Shown here piece after piece: positions 39,601-52,400 of a stretch of 64,000 nucleotides of DNA; the first letter of the stretch is position 1, and each line of letters starts with the position of its first letter. The notes under the pieces are model-generated. The model made no database searches, had not been told where the DNA came from, and was given only the letters and a program-made list of their open reading frames with translations. Origin of the DNA: Botryllus schlosseri (Eukaryota); contig CM119371.1 in the NCBI GenBank assembly GCA_051294905.1, forward strand, positions 12,960,001 to 13,024,000, read 5' to 3'. A program made the position numbers and the translations under genes.

Positions 39601-40529
39601 GCTGCAGTCTTTGATTACTCGAAAGCACATTGTCATAAGACTTTTCTGTACCACAAAGGATACTGTACAAATGTGCAGAAGGAGGTTTGGAGGCGTGTCC
39701 GACATTCAATCAATGATCAGGAGGTAAGACCAGAGCCCCCTCCACTCGCTGCTGCACGAGTAAGATTGCCACGGGAGCAAGCCATCAGGGAGCAGAGAAG
39801 CCGGTACAGCAGATAAAGATACAGGATCGCAATAGGTAATTATTATTTTGAGTTTTGCTGCCAAGGTATCTAACTTGTGTTACAAAATGTTCTTGATTGT
39901 ACATGGGGATTGAATTTGCTGATATTAAATTTGTTATTTCTAGTCACGTTGACAGTCATGGAAGAGGAGATCATACTGGCGCATAGAACCAATGAAGATA
40001 CTGTCCAATCTTCAGAACATCGGGATCTGCATTATTTGCCAGGATTTTTCGCAAATTTCTTACTAATACGAGATGATCATTGATATTCTATCTGCATTTG
40101 TATAAGTAAAATCTTGTGAATAGGATCATTTTGTTGTGTACAATAATGATAGACAAATGCAGCTGTCAGAATGCAGACCAAATGATCGGCGGTGTAGAAA
40201 CTATGAATCTAGTTTATGCAGTGGAGATGGATTCTGGTATGATCGCATGTCGCTATAAGTTCAGTCCATAGCCTCCACATCTACACCTTATGATGTTGAC
40301 ATTATACCAGTACAGTACAGTCACGGCGCCAGGAATCATCATGCTACTGACGTCATCGATACGGCTCACTGATTTTACCAGCGTTTTGCTGGTGGTGGGA
40401 CTTTGCCATCTTTGCGGCTTCATATCTCAGAAACTAATTAGTTTTGGAAGGTAAGATATATCTTGTTGGAATCGGCAGGAAAAACTCTATAGAATTAGCC
40501 AAAGTTGTTTTCGTCGATATAGTTGACCT
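36608..40529 (+). mobile_element. Full-length Kolobok DNA transposon
   Basis: TTAA on both sides, AG...CT termini, 48-bp perfect TIR AGGTCAACTATATCGACGAAAACAACTTTGGCTAATTCTATAGAGTTT extending imperfectly inward; encodes a THAP-DDE transposase. Confidence 0.92.
36927..39816 (+). pseudogene. Kolobok transposase (THAP zinc finger, C4 motif, DDE core), 10 predicted exons, one premature stop
   Basis: Exons 36927-37400, 37518-37668, 37724-37871, 37931-38374, 38449-38539, 38603-38786, 38870-39118, 39211-39382, 39448-39593, 39659-39816 join in phase (exon 2 acceptor least certain). Motifs CVAYGC..FHTFP..W..LCSDHF..AVP, SGDGRADSPGHSAKY, MEKEG, VTDRH, FDTWH, NETFN..FAPK, LAVLHFNEN; TGA at 38986-38988. 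Confidence 0.88.
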
Positions 40530-40961
40530 TTAAACAAGCTTCAATTAAAATGTATTTAAATTTATTCAACTCAAATAACTACGCGATTGCAATACAATAA
40601 AACAAAATATTACTTATTTCCAATAAGAGAGAGGGAGAGAGAGATAGAGAGAGCGCGAGAAAGAGAAATAGACCAATATGAAGAACTTGAGACGCTGTTT
40701 TGCGTGGGGTTCAGAATTTTGTAATGCTTCGAGCAAAATAGATATTGACGGTGCAATATATTTCCACGAAAGTCTCGGTCAGTATAATTCATGTGGCAGT
40801 TTCGTGGTTCATGTGTGCAAATTCAGTCGACCTCAAGATGTGTTTTGATGACGCGATCTCACCGCTTTGTCCGCAGTTGTCCGCAGTTCATGTATAATTG
40901 TATATCTTAGAGCTTGTTGTTGGTAGATTGTGACGTAACTGACAACACTTTATTTTCACAG

Positions 40962-41111
40962 GATTCCAGTTTATCTTTCAAAATTATTTTTGCCATGCGA
41001 GCAGTGAAATATCTCAGTGACCCATTCGATACAAAATATGTCAAATTGATTGAAGAACTGTCAATTCAACAGGATGGTTTGCGAGAGTTATCAGAGTATA
41101 GAACAGAAAAG
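40962..41111 (+). CDS. Putative exon C1 (phase 0-0, 50 aa), unknown domain
   Basis: tttattttcacag|DSSLSFKIIFAMRAVKYLSDPFDTKYVKLIEELSIQQDGLRELSEYRTEK|gtaggt; splice positions and frame conserved in C2. Confidence 0.6.
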
Positions 41112-41427
41112 GTAGGTTACAGGTATTTTTCTTACACAATTTATATAGTACTAAGTATGCTATAAATGTGAACGTTGAGTCATGCTTGACCGATTCGACT
41201 ATTCGATTTTTCTCCACATTCATCCGTACTTCGGCTGCCAGTAGGTAATCAGGTAATCAATATCGACTATCAAATAAAAATAAGGAACAGAACGCTTTTT
41301 AGTGCGCGCTTGAATTCCTAATTTTTAATTGGACCATTTAATACGAAAAGCGTATGAGAAATTGAATTTGATATGTTTAGTACCTGGAGAATGTGCAGTG
41401 TAATGAGACGCTTGTTTCAATTTAAAG

Positions 41428-41550
41428 CTTTTATTCCCAATGTCTACTGACCTTGCGTATCAAGTATTGCGAGTCGAGTCTCGAGTGCACGCACAAGGGA
41501 TTCAAGTAATCAGCCTTGCTAATCAAGACAAAGTCGAAGTATTGATTTAA
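41428..41550 (+). CDS. Putative terminal exon D1
   Basis: ttcaatttaaag|LLFPMSTDLAYQVLRVESRVHAQGIQVISLANQDKVEVLI-TAA; same frame and stop position as D2; weak acceptor. Confidence 0.4.
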   Translation, partial: LLFPMSTDLAYQVLRVESRVHAQGIQVISLANQDKVEVLI

Positions 41551-41650
41551 AGTTGTACGCAATTGCAAGCAGAATTAGCTTTTTAAAAATCTTATTAAAA
41601 CTCCTTAAAGTGAAAGTAGAATATTATAGGGCCTGAAAACAACTCAAGAA

Positions 41651-42630
41651 CAGTGTTGGGATCAAGTCACTACCTTCGAGTCACGAGTCATTTCGAGTCA
41701 TTGCACATTTTGACTTGAGTCAAGTCAAGTCATTCAATTTTCGAAGGTGTCTGGAGTCAAGTCAAGTCACTCGATTTTTGGAGGTGACTCGAGTCAAGTC
41801 GAGTCAAGTCAAGTCAAGTCACGAGTCAAGTCACGATTCAAGTCAAGTTGCCTTTTTGAAGTATGAGGCATGATTACGTCATTGCATTTTGCTAGCTGTC
41901 TGAATTACAGATTTAGTGGTCATTGATTCTGATACAATGAATGAATATATAGTTAAATATACACGCAAGAAATCGCTGTTTCGCTCACATATACGTAGCA
42001 CTGCTGATGCTGCACTACGGAAGTAATTGCACAGCCTCAGTTTATAGTTACCGTCCAAAATAGAGAATAGAGAAACGAATTGATAAGATGCACTACATTA
42101 CCCATTTGCAAATTGATATCATACAATTCGAGGGGGCGCCAATGGTTGAGGACTATATAAACTATATTAGAATTCGATTTCAATAAAACAAGAGGTTTGG
42201 TTAAGGTAAGAACAGAGAATAGAAATAGACATTATGTTATTGAATTATTTTACTATACTAGTTTACGACAACGTAATCTGTAAGCTTCGATCACTTCGTT
42301 TGCGGTCAATTCATGTGTGAGAGAACAATGGAGGTCAGTAAAACGCACGATCATTGAATGATTGGTCGCTCTCACGGGTTACACCAGCATTTCGAAAACA
42401 ATCCGACCATATGCAAGATACACTGAATTTTATCGACACCGATTACTTGATGACTTGAAATTGACTCGTGAATTTTGCTTCGAGTCTCGAGTCAATCCAC
42501 ATTTCTGATACGCCGAGTCAAGTCAAGTCAAGTCATTTTAGCCAAGTGACTCGAGTCAAGTCAAGTCATACGAAAACGGTGACTCGAGTCTGACTCGAGT
42601 CTAGTCACGACTCGAGTCATCCCAGCACTG
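41651..42630. mobile_element. hAT-type MITE (AGTCA-repeat-rich), only in copy 1
   Basis: TIRs cagtgttgggat/atcccagcactg; TSD ctcaagaa/ctcaagag. Confidence 0.88.
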
Positions 42631-42982
42631 CTCAAGAGTAAGTAGTCTCGAAAGTATTTCAATTCGATGGTTCGCAAATATTTTGCAATTTATCGGTTGT
42701 GGCTGATTTACGAAATTGCAAGATGTGTGTCTGCGATTAACTCAAAATTATTAGTAACGCCACTAGTAGGAATATTCATGAAAAGTAGATTTAACAGTTA
42801 CGTTGATGGCGATTGCGATTTCCTATGACGATTTCACAATCAAGGTGATATTTCCGAAGATGAATGTTTTACGGCATAAATAACTTGTGGAATGGAGTTG
42901 AATGTGAAGTAGGGTTGTTCAAAATTTAGAAAATGTTTGGAATACTGCGTATCCATGGCGTATTCCAATGATTAGTGTTAAA

Positions 42983-43360
42983 TAGGCTTACCATAAGTCC
43001 TCTTTTAAGAGGATTAGTACTCTTTTTGGACTTTTTTGAAAGTGTCCTCGGAGGATGCCCTTTTGTCCTCTTTTTTGAGATTTTGTCCTCTTTTTTGAAA
43101 ATTTAAGTCAGATTTAGAGCAAATTGCGAGTGATATGCCGCAAATTAGCACAGAAGTGAAGCTCCGGCGGGTATTTCGGAGTGAAAAACGGTGAATTTAG
43201 CTCTGAGCGAAAAGATGACCTTTTTTTTTTTTTTTTTTTAGTCAACCGATCACAAAGTGGGAAAAATTAACCGGTTTTTAAGAATTATGCTCCGGTTTTG
43301 CAAGTTGCAAATTTCTGAAAAAGTGTCCTCTTTATAGATTTCCAAAATTTGGTAAGCCTA
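42983..43360. mobile_element. hAT-type MITE
   Basis: TIRs taggcttacca/tggtaagccta; exact TSD GTGTTAAA. Confidence 0.92.
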
Positions 43361-43799
43361 GTGTTAAAACACAATAATGGGCCTAAAAGAAGCTCGCAAG
43401 AGAGTCGGTAAGATTTGTCTAAATGCGTTTGAAAGTCATGTGTAATCGGCTAAGCATCAATGATTACTGCAACAACTGACTCGGATTCGGGTGCTTCGCT
43501 TTACTAAATTGAAAGTCTGCTTAGCTGAGGTCGATTATGTTAGTAGCGGCTGTGGTTCTGTACAAGCGCGGTGTGTGTTGATGAGCAATTAGTAGTACAG
43601 TAGAACGTGTTCTTTGAATGGTTTAGAGTCGATAGCAGTAGTTTATGGTTTGGAGTAACAATATTGCAGTCATGGCAGAGAAAAACAGCGAAAGATCGTA
43701 CGAATGCCGCAGCAAAGAAAAAGATCTAAATCTGAGCAGTACCGTAGTTGGTCGGATATACTTGCGATTACATCTGTGGCTCGAGACTACCTACTATAC

Positions 43800-46185
43800 C
43801 AGTGGTCGGGAACCTTTTTCGTCCGAATAGCCATAATTGCTTTATATTTTCCATTTTATCTCCCGAAGAGCCATACATGCCAAAGAATTGTTACGTCACA
43901 ATTGAAGACTAATGACGTCATAATAGCACTAATTCCAGCTCACTGTAACATGGGATTCGTCTTGTGTGCCATATTTTTTCTGTAAAAACTCGTGGGTCCT
44001 AATCATGCGGGTTACCTTCTTTGAAAATGCGATACATGAGTTACATAGATCTTTTGCAAGTTTCATCTTTTTAATTGTATTATAGTGAGAGCCGTATGAT
44101 ATTTTTCGAAGCTTCTGACAATTAGCATTTCCAACAGTAACGATGTGTATCTACCCGTTTTACAGTTAATACGTCTCTTGGTGTTGCATGATATTACTGA
44201 TGGCTTTGCGGTCTGGTTGATAATTAATGAGTTTAAGATTTAAACATAATTTGAGACTTTCGACAGTTATACTAGATCGTAGGTTCATTTTGATCAGGGC
44301 TTTTTCTTATTCACGGCCGAATTTCGATTTCATATATAGCGTAAGGCCGCATGTCAGGGACCAGGGTACAGTCGTATATCACCTGGACGCCAACTATCAA
44401 TTTTAAATAGGCTTCCTGGAGATTTCGTATCGCAGGCAGCACTTGTGGTTTGTGCACCATCACAGTTTTCTTGTGAAATACCTTGCGCATGAAAGATTTT
44501 AATTGTAGAGGCGGAACGCCCCAGCAGGCATATTATACGCATCGAAATCGCAAATATTATGGACATGAAATGTTACCGGAAATAGACGTCTAGTCGCGCA
44601 GGACGAGAACATTTTTTCATCATTATGAATGGACTTCGTCGATAATATTGGTAGTTGCACGCACATATTTCTATCAAATATTTATCCTTTCTCAGCCCCC
44701 TCTGATCTGATTTTCCGGTGGAGGGGGTGCCTTCGAAAATTTTGGGCACATAATTAATGATGATGCATCTTCAGGTTGTTATTAACCACTGTGTTGCATA
44801 TCGTTGTATTTTGACTTCCCATCAGAATTGTCGGAAAAAGACAAAATATATATTGGAATCACCCAAACGTACCAGAAAAACCTTCATTCGTGAGACCCAC
44901 GTGAATCCAAATTGGCTCTTCTTGACAAGGCGTATCAGTTTCCTTTGTGGTTTGCATTTGTACAGTGCGGGGTTCCGATTACAAGAACACCACTATATTT
45001 TAAAAGGGAAACGTCAAGACACTCAAAATCGCTCATCGCGCGAAGAAAATTTTCAAGTTGACTTAAACTTCCCAAATTCAAATTGCATTTTGACGGCCGC
45101 CAACTCGCGCCAATTGACGCACAATTATAGTTGTACGGTCGCAAGTTGACCACCCCGGATATTGGTGCTCTTTTTAGATGCGAGGATCCATGATCAGTTG
45201 ATCACATGCGTAGGTGGAGCCAACATGGTCACCACAGCAGTACATATCCACCGTACGGTGGTAAGGTGTGATACGTCAATGACGTGGGGTCATGGGAGGC
45301 AATTGAAGTGAGACAGTGCCTCACCCTTTGTCGACATGAATAAACGAAATTTGTGTAACTTTCAATGTTTCTATTATTGTTATTTTCTATCGATGTTCAT
45401 GAATGACTTAATATTGAACAGTTTTACTCATTAAGTTCACGTAATTTGCGTATTTATTGTTCGAAAGTAAAGCGCGAAATGAGAGGTAAGGCACAGGTGA
45501 GATACAGATGGGCCAAGCGTCATCTGTGAAAGTGCAATTCATAGTATTTAGCGTCGACTTGAATATAACTGATATTAGTCGAATGTAAACTAAAATTCGT
45601 ACTAATTCCGAAAATCTAGAAATTCATGGACTTCTCAAATCTCAAAGTATCGGTGGTATAACAAATCGTTGCGCTACACGCTACATTTTAACGGCAGTAC
45701 TACAAAGCTATTCTTACGAATAAGAATCGTGGATAGCTATGGCGTTGTTTGTAATGTGAATTTGTAATTGTGCATGTCACTTCCACGGCTGCATTGTCAT
45801 ACAGTAGGTTAGTTATCTATAGTCATACCGGCGTCACCATGTCTGTTATTCTCTTTCTGCAATCAACGTGTTGTGCAATCCAAGATTGCGAGGCGGTTAC
45901 ATCGAATTCGCGAGTCATATTCGTCGCCGGCGCGACAGCAACTTAAATTTGAGGATTTTGAAAAGTAGGTCGGAACCCCTAACCATGAATACGTTACTGT
46001 CTTGGCCTCTCAAAGACATGTTTATACTGCCACGAGAAGAATTATTGGCTGTGATGAAAATCTACTAACAAGTCACTGCAATATTGGTAAATTAAAAGTA
46101 CAAAAATTAAAAATTCAACAAAGAGCCATATCTTATACCCAAAAGAGCCATATATGGCTCGCGAGCCATAGGTTCCCGACCACTG
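43800..46185. mobile_element. Non-autonomous hAT element (2.4 kb)
   Basis: TIRs cagtggtcgggaacct/aggttcccgaccactg; exact TSD TACTATAC; partial relative at ~55605-55930. Confidence 0.92.
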
Positions 46186-46214
46186 TACTATACCAAAAGT
46201 AATGAGAGACTTTC

Positions 46215-47742
46215 TGTTATGTTCGTGCATTTTACGTTGGTATCGTTTGTCTCTTAATTTGTCTAGGATTAGTAATTACCGCCAATCATTATTTCCTCGT
46301 GTGTCGTGCTTTGTATTTATACCCTGTGTTCTGTTGTCTGCTGGGTTTTTCGCAGATGTGGTCAGTAACGAAGTACTTCTACTTTTTGGAAGTACTCAAG
46401 TAGTTTTCCTCTACTTCTGGTACTTACTCAAGTAGATCTGATTTTCTCTACTTTTACTTCTACTTCGTAAAATTTTGTGATCTACTTACTTACTTTTCGC
46501 TATTTTCAGTTTGTCAAGTAGAAGTAGTTTATTACCCCTAATGTGAAAGATAGCCTGAGGAATTTCGGGGCTGTTTTCACGGAGTATCAACATTCAATTT
46601 TCATAAAAGTCAAGTAAATCCTATAATTTTGTTGTGCTTCGCGCATAGTAGTGGTGGAATGACAAATATGTTTTCATGAAAGTATCAGTGAATATAATTC
46701 AGGTACCGGATTGCTTGGTTCCTCTCACACCTCATTGTCGCCCATATTAAATATTTCATCACAGTAAATATGGCCCATCATGACGTTTGAAACTACCGAT
46801 TCGCAATCTAGCAGTTACCAATCACATCGTAATCTAGCAGCACATTACGTGTCTTGCTAATCTCGAATATCCAGCTGTTTAACGCTACACCTGTTTCAGA
46901 AGATCACCTTTGAAGCTTTATGGACAAATTACATGAAATATATTTTCTGCTGTTTAAAAGTGGTATTTGTGTTTCACTTTCAATTGCGAGCATCATACTT
47001 TGAGTTCTAATTATTTTCAGTTCTTTTGTCTGCAGAACAAACATGTTGAACCTTAAAAGCAAGTGTAGCAATGCCTCTATTTTCCGAAATAAAAGGTACA
47101 CTAAATATAACTTTTACGATGCACAATATTTGTTATTTCCTAATCGCGAAAAGTGATGAAACCGTATCCGATACAACTTCTACGTATTGCTCTTCGCCTG
47201 AACTTGGGGCCTTATAATATGGGGTGGGGTGCCATATCTAACGGGGTCTTCTAGTAAACAAAGGGTTAGTATTGCATTCTCATATCAATACTATAATTTT
47301 CATCCCATGGCGCGAAACAATGCTTATGCTGTCGAAAATTGATACCTCCTAGTATGCATCAATACGAATCAAGCTCTCTGCACCTACAGCATAGCTGAAT
47401 TCGCAGCTTTTGACAGTCCATGCGTACGAATTATGACTGTTTTCAAAAGTACTTACTTACTTAAAAGTAGATTTAAAGTCAGTCAATTTTACTTCTACTT
47501 CAAGTAGTTTTAGGGGGCTTATTGAAAAAGTACTTCTACTCGTACTTGAGTAGATTTTTTCGTCGCTACTTCTACTTCTACTTGAGTAGTTTTCTTGACT
47601 ACTTTGACCACCTCTGGTTTTTCGTTTAACTGCACTCTGGATCGTGTCGCCTGTCTTAAGTCATACTGCTGATAATATCCTGATTTCTTATTGCAACCTC
47701 GTCGTATTGAGTTATTGTTCAAACAAGATCAAGAACATAACA
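46215..47742 (+). mobile_element. 5' LTR (~256 bp net) of a Ty3/Gypsy element, split by a MITE
   Basis: TG...CA with perfect 10-bp inverted termini TGTTATGTTC/GAACATAACA, followed by a PBS and gag. Confidence 0.85.
46353..47616. mobile_element. hAT-type MITE (TACTT-rich) inside the LTR
   Basis: TIRs cagatgtggtca/tgaccacctctg; exact TSD GTTTTTCG. Confidence 0.9.
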
Positions 47743-47744
47743 AT

Positions 47745-47763
47745 TGGTGTCAGAAGTCGGATT
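47745..47763 (+). promoter_or_regulatory. Primer-binding site, tRNA-Leu-like
   Basis: TGGTGTCAGAAGTCGGATT, 2 nt after the LTR end; resembles the complement of a tRNA-Leu 3' end (recalled, not searched). Confidence 0.75.
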
Positions 47764-47792
47764 CATAGTTATTTCTGCGACGAGTATATATC

Positions 47793-48880
47793 ATGGAAGC
47801 AAGTATATTGAAGCTTCTAGAGAAGCAGCAGGAAATGATGGCGGAACAACGCGAACAGCGTAAAGAGCTGGAGCAGCAAAATGCTCGGCACAGAGAAGAT
47901 TTGGACCAACAACGCGCACAGCACATAGAAGATATGGCACAGCAAAAGCTGCAGCATGAGGAAGCCATATCGCAATTAGTGCAGAGGTTGAATCCCGGTG
48001 CGTCAACATCAGAAGCTACCGCTCCCAAGTTTGATTCGTTTGTAAAATCAAAGGAGAAATGGAACCAATATCTGCAACGATTCAACCATCACCTTGCAAT
48101 TTATGGCATTTCCAACATGGAGAAAAAAAGAGCGGGTCTACTCTAATGGGTTGGACCTGAAACGTATTCGCTCCTACGTAATTTGTTTGCTGCTGCTGAT
48201 GTCAGTGCGCAATTTTTCGACGCGTTGACTGAGAAGTTGTCTACACACTTCAAGGACTCAATTCATGTGCAAGCAGCCAGATACGAATTTTACAATCACA
48301 AATTGCAACCGGGATAATCGTATGGAGATTGGATCGCTACTCTACGCGGAATCACCAAGGATTACAACTTCACATGCTCGAGAGAAGGCTGTGATCAGAG
48401 CTACGTTGATGAACTAATGCGCGATCTCGTCATTAAAGAAACGCCGCACGCGGATGTGAGACGGCATTGTCTAACACAAACCAATCCATCCCTTGACGAC
48501 GTTCTCAAAGTAGCCGCAACATACGTGAAAACGCTGGAAACTGATAGAGTTATCCAGGGCGAGAGTAACGGTAAAGATACTCCCATCGTCAATAAAATGA
48601 CGGGAAGTTATCAGAAGGGTAAATAACCTTCCAAATCAATCCAGGGCAGCTTCCCGGAAAGACTGAAATCCTGCATCCGCTGTTTCATCGATCGCCAGAG
48701 AAAAGACTGTCAATATCGGCATGCAGTATGTCAGAAATGTGGTCGTAAAGATCATATCAAACCTGTTTGCAACTGTGCATGTCTACCAAACCTAGCGTCA
48801 CGCAACGGGTCAGATCCGTCAATTTCTGCTCAGTGCCACTCCTCTCCTTCGACATCGATCAACTATATCGACGCGTAGGA
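47793..48880 (+). pseudogene. gag: Ty3/Gypsy (Mag-like) gag with stops; pol and 3' LTR absent
   Basis: Coiled-coil N-terminus, PKFDSF..EKWNQYLQRF, LL*WVGPETY, MRDLVI, tandem zinc knuckles ending CQKCGRKDHIKPVC; cut off at a MITE-like end at 48883. Confidence 0.85.
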
Positions 48881-49176
48881 AACAGAGATGAGCGGATTTG
48901 AAATTTCTATGTCCTAATCTGATCCAAATCCGAACCTTCAAATTCAAATCCAAATCCTAATACATAACTTTTTCATATTCTAGTCCATGTCCAATCCTAA
49001 TCCGATTCCAAATGGAAATTCAGAAAAAATACTAATTTATGCAATGGAGGGATTGAAAATTTTCTTTCACAACCAACGATTCACTTGATTCAAGATAACT
49101 TAGTCACCATAAGTACATTAATAACTGATCTGAATAAATTTTGTCGCCGTTCGCCACACGACATTTCAATCTCTGC

Positions 49177-49400
49177 TTGTAGATGTTATTGTTGTATAAT
49201 CTGACTCCAGAAGGTTGCGTTTACAATTCGCGGCGTGTTCCCTTGCGTTCGACGGACCGGCGTAGCCAAGCCGTACGGCCGTGTTGGCTGACGTACCACG
49301 AAGCCTTTCTATTGCACACGTATTCGATGGATCACACTGACGAATATATTCTGCTTCTGTCTCCACGAGTTGTAACTTTATTGGATCACGTACGACAACG
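49177..49400. repeat. ~220-bp repeat with an inverted copy at 55040-55258
   Basis: ttgtagatgttat...aatctgactccagaag...gtattcgatggatcacactgacgaatat is reverse complemented at 55040-55258. Confidence 0.8.
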
Positions 49401-49463
49401 GACGTCCGAATCAGCGAATAATGAATGAATGAATATCTCTACGTGGTATTACATACGCATATC

Positions 49464-52400
49464 CAGTGGTGGCTTTTGGGGTGGGCGATGTGGGCGGTCG
49501 CCCAGGGCCCCCCTGTTTGAAGAGGGCCCCCCTCCTCGGTTTACGCGCTTTTTTCCAACTATTTCTCCGGTTTACGCGCTTTTTACCAACTATTTCTCCG
49601 GTTTATGCGCTTTTTTTCCAACTATTACCATTTTCTATATAACCGTGGAAATCCTTGTATCCATGAAGAATACGGTACAGTACCGTAAAAAGGCGTGAAT
49701 CATAATTCTCATTTTTTAGTTATCATTTTTCGAGTAACCATGAAATCCATGCACCTATGTAGAATATGGTCTCGTAACAGTTGTCGATCATCAAATTTAT
49801 GCGCGCGTTAAAAGAGCTTACTTTGATTTTATGAGGGAAGGCTTTGGTTATCATTTTGTGAATAACCGTGAAAATACATGCAGGCCTACCCATGTAGAAT
49901 ATGGTAGGCCAACCGTAAACAGTGGTCGATCATTAAATTTCTGCACCGGTTAAAAGAGCTTACTTTTATTTTATGGGGGGCCCCTCATTTACGCAATTTA
50001 TAGTTATCATTTTACGAATAACCGTGAAAACACATGTAGGCCTACCCATGTAGTACTGTAAACAGTTTTCGATCATCAAATTTCTGTGCGCGGTAAAAGA
50101 GCTTACTTTGATGATTTTATAAGGGGGGCTTCTACATTTACGCGATTTTTGGTTATCATATTGAAAATAACTGAAAATACGCGCAGGCCAACTCATGTGG
50201 AACACGGTACTGTTAACAGTTGTCGATCACTAAAATACTGCACGCGTTCAGCGTGCGAGCTCACTTCGATTTATGAGGGGCCCCTTCTACATTTACGCAA
50301 TTTTTGGTTATCATTTTGCGAATTACCGTGAAAATATATGCTCACATGTAGAATATGGTACCGTCAACAGTTATTGATCATTAAATCCTGCACGCGTTGT
50401 ACGAGATTACTTCGATTTATGAGGGGGGGGGGGCTACATTTACGAAATTTTTGGTTATCATTATGCGAATAACTGAAAATACGTGCAGGCCTACCCATGT
50501 AGAATATGGTACTATAATCAGTTGTCGCTAATTAAATTTCTGCACGTGTTATAAGAGCTTTCTTATATTTGATGAGGGGGGGGGGGGGGCTGCTACATTT
50601 ATGAAATTTATAGTTATCGTTTTGCGAATAACCGTGAAAAGATATGTACCCATATAAAATATGGTACCGTAAACCGTTGTCGATCATCAAATTGGTGGAT
50701 TGTGTGAGAGACGCGATCGCATCCGCTAACATAAAATTTTTTCCTGAATGATTATCACTTCCAGTATATTTTTGAATAATATTCAACACCTTTTTCTCAG
50801 TGCTATAAAATTACAATAACATTCACAAGAAACTACTACAGTGTATACAGGAAGTATATATTTTCAGTGACTGGTGCATCTCATTCATTTTTAGTAATAG
50901 GCTAACTGGTTTATTTCAGTTTTTAGATTTGACAGAAATAATTTGGATTAAGTGATTTTGAGATATATCCGAGTAGCCTACATCACAATTTCAAATTTTT
51001 AAATTCAATATCCTGCTTTTCAAGCCAGCGCATGATAAAAAAACAAGCTTTTCCGGCTCATTCAATCGTAAAATTGATAGAATTTTTGGTAGGTCTGTAC
51101 ATGAGCTATCTTGTATAAGTTATAATTTAGCTTTTTTGTGTACTGCACTCAAGTTTAAAGTCATTTCTAATAAAAATCATTGCAGTATCCTTCTCATTTC
51201 TGTCAACTTGAAAATTTTCATGACTGGTCATCATATGGAAGCTATTATAAGAATGCTGAAAAATGAGTTTTTATTGACAATATAATTTTTAAGTTGTGAC
51301 AGCATTGTATGTTGTAGGCAGAATAGGCGATTTGGATAATGTTTAGTTCCTCTTAAAACTAGTGTTTGAAATTTTCGTGTGGACAATGTTGCGCCAACAA
51401 TATTTGAATTGGACGCTGTGTATGACTTGATTTTGAAAATTATTATGAGCCTAGTTTTGACCCCTTACCTCATTTTATTGTCAAGTTCAAGAGCTTCTTC
51501 TATTTTATCTTTAGGCGTTTAGACGAGGTTGTCTGGGTAAGATGTTTTATGACCGGCACCATTGCAAGGATTCATCGTAAAATTTACCATAAACATGCAG
51601 CTGTCTTGGTTGCGTAATTTCTGGGACAAGTGGTGATTTGTAATATACCGGTATTTCATCTTTTCTGTAGGTACTTTTGCTGTGTTAGCTGTTAGGAATA
51701 AATCACTTTTCTTTCACTGTATTAATATAGTCCTTGTTGAGTGATCCGGTAATAATTCTTGATGACCATAAACTCCTCTTGGTTGAGTCATCTTGTCAAA
51801 GAAGGGAAGTCATTGTTGTTGTTGTTGTTTTGAGTATTCATGAATCATGATGTCTTGACTGCTTCGGTAAGTTCACACCAAGCCCAGATCATTTTGTATT
51901 ATAGTTTCCATTTAGTTGTTCTTGTTTACTTTTGGTGTCATATTTACTATCATCATTCTTCATATTTGCTACTAATTTGAAGAACTAAATGCATCAATTC
52001 AATCGTCCGGTCATAGTAGTTTCTTCATTCATTGGAAGTTTCAATTCTATGGATGTGTTCTATAAACTTCATTGTTTAGTCACCTTAGTGATCGAATAGC
52101 TCTTGGTCCTCATTCAGGGTTGTAACCGAGTCAAATATTAATTCTGCTTATATATTTTGATCTGAGCCAATAAGTCGAGTCACCAAAATATCACGATTCG
52201 AGTCATTGAAATCCTGCCATCGTTTCCTTGAAAAAGTATGATCTTTTTCTTTTTCAGTTACTATTGCCACTGTATTCGTGATTACTTTCACGCATGAAAA
52301 TGTCATGTTGAACTTGAATGACACAGCTGCCTTTTATAGTAAATAGTTACATACAGGATTAACATTCCGTATAGTATCACAGAAACTGTAGACATGCAAT

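Larger units (their letters stand above)
29575..42850 (+). repeat. Segmental duplicate copy 1 (expanded by later insertions)
   Basis: Collinear blocks shared with 59025-63135: TE remnant, LRR exon A, foldback MITE, TAGGGCTGG MITE at the same site, then blocks B, C, D and downstream sequence. Confidence 0.85.

Noticed and set aside
48859..48873. 15-nt match (TCAACTATATCGACG) to the Kolobok TIR at the end of gag
   Set aside because: Lacks the TTAA-AGG terminus and any further arm homology; reads as ordinary gag-end codons, so probably chance.
49640..50695. Regularly spaced repeats as a CRISPR-like array
   Set aside because: Whole units are homologous with no unique spacers, there are no cas genes, and the context is eukaryotic.
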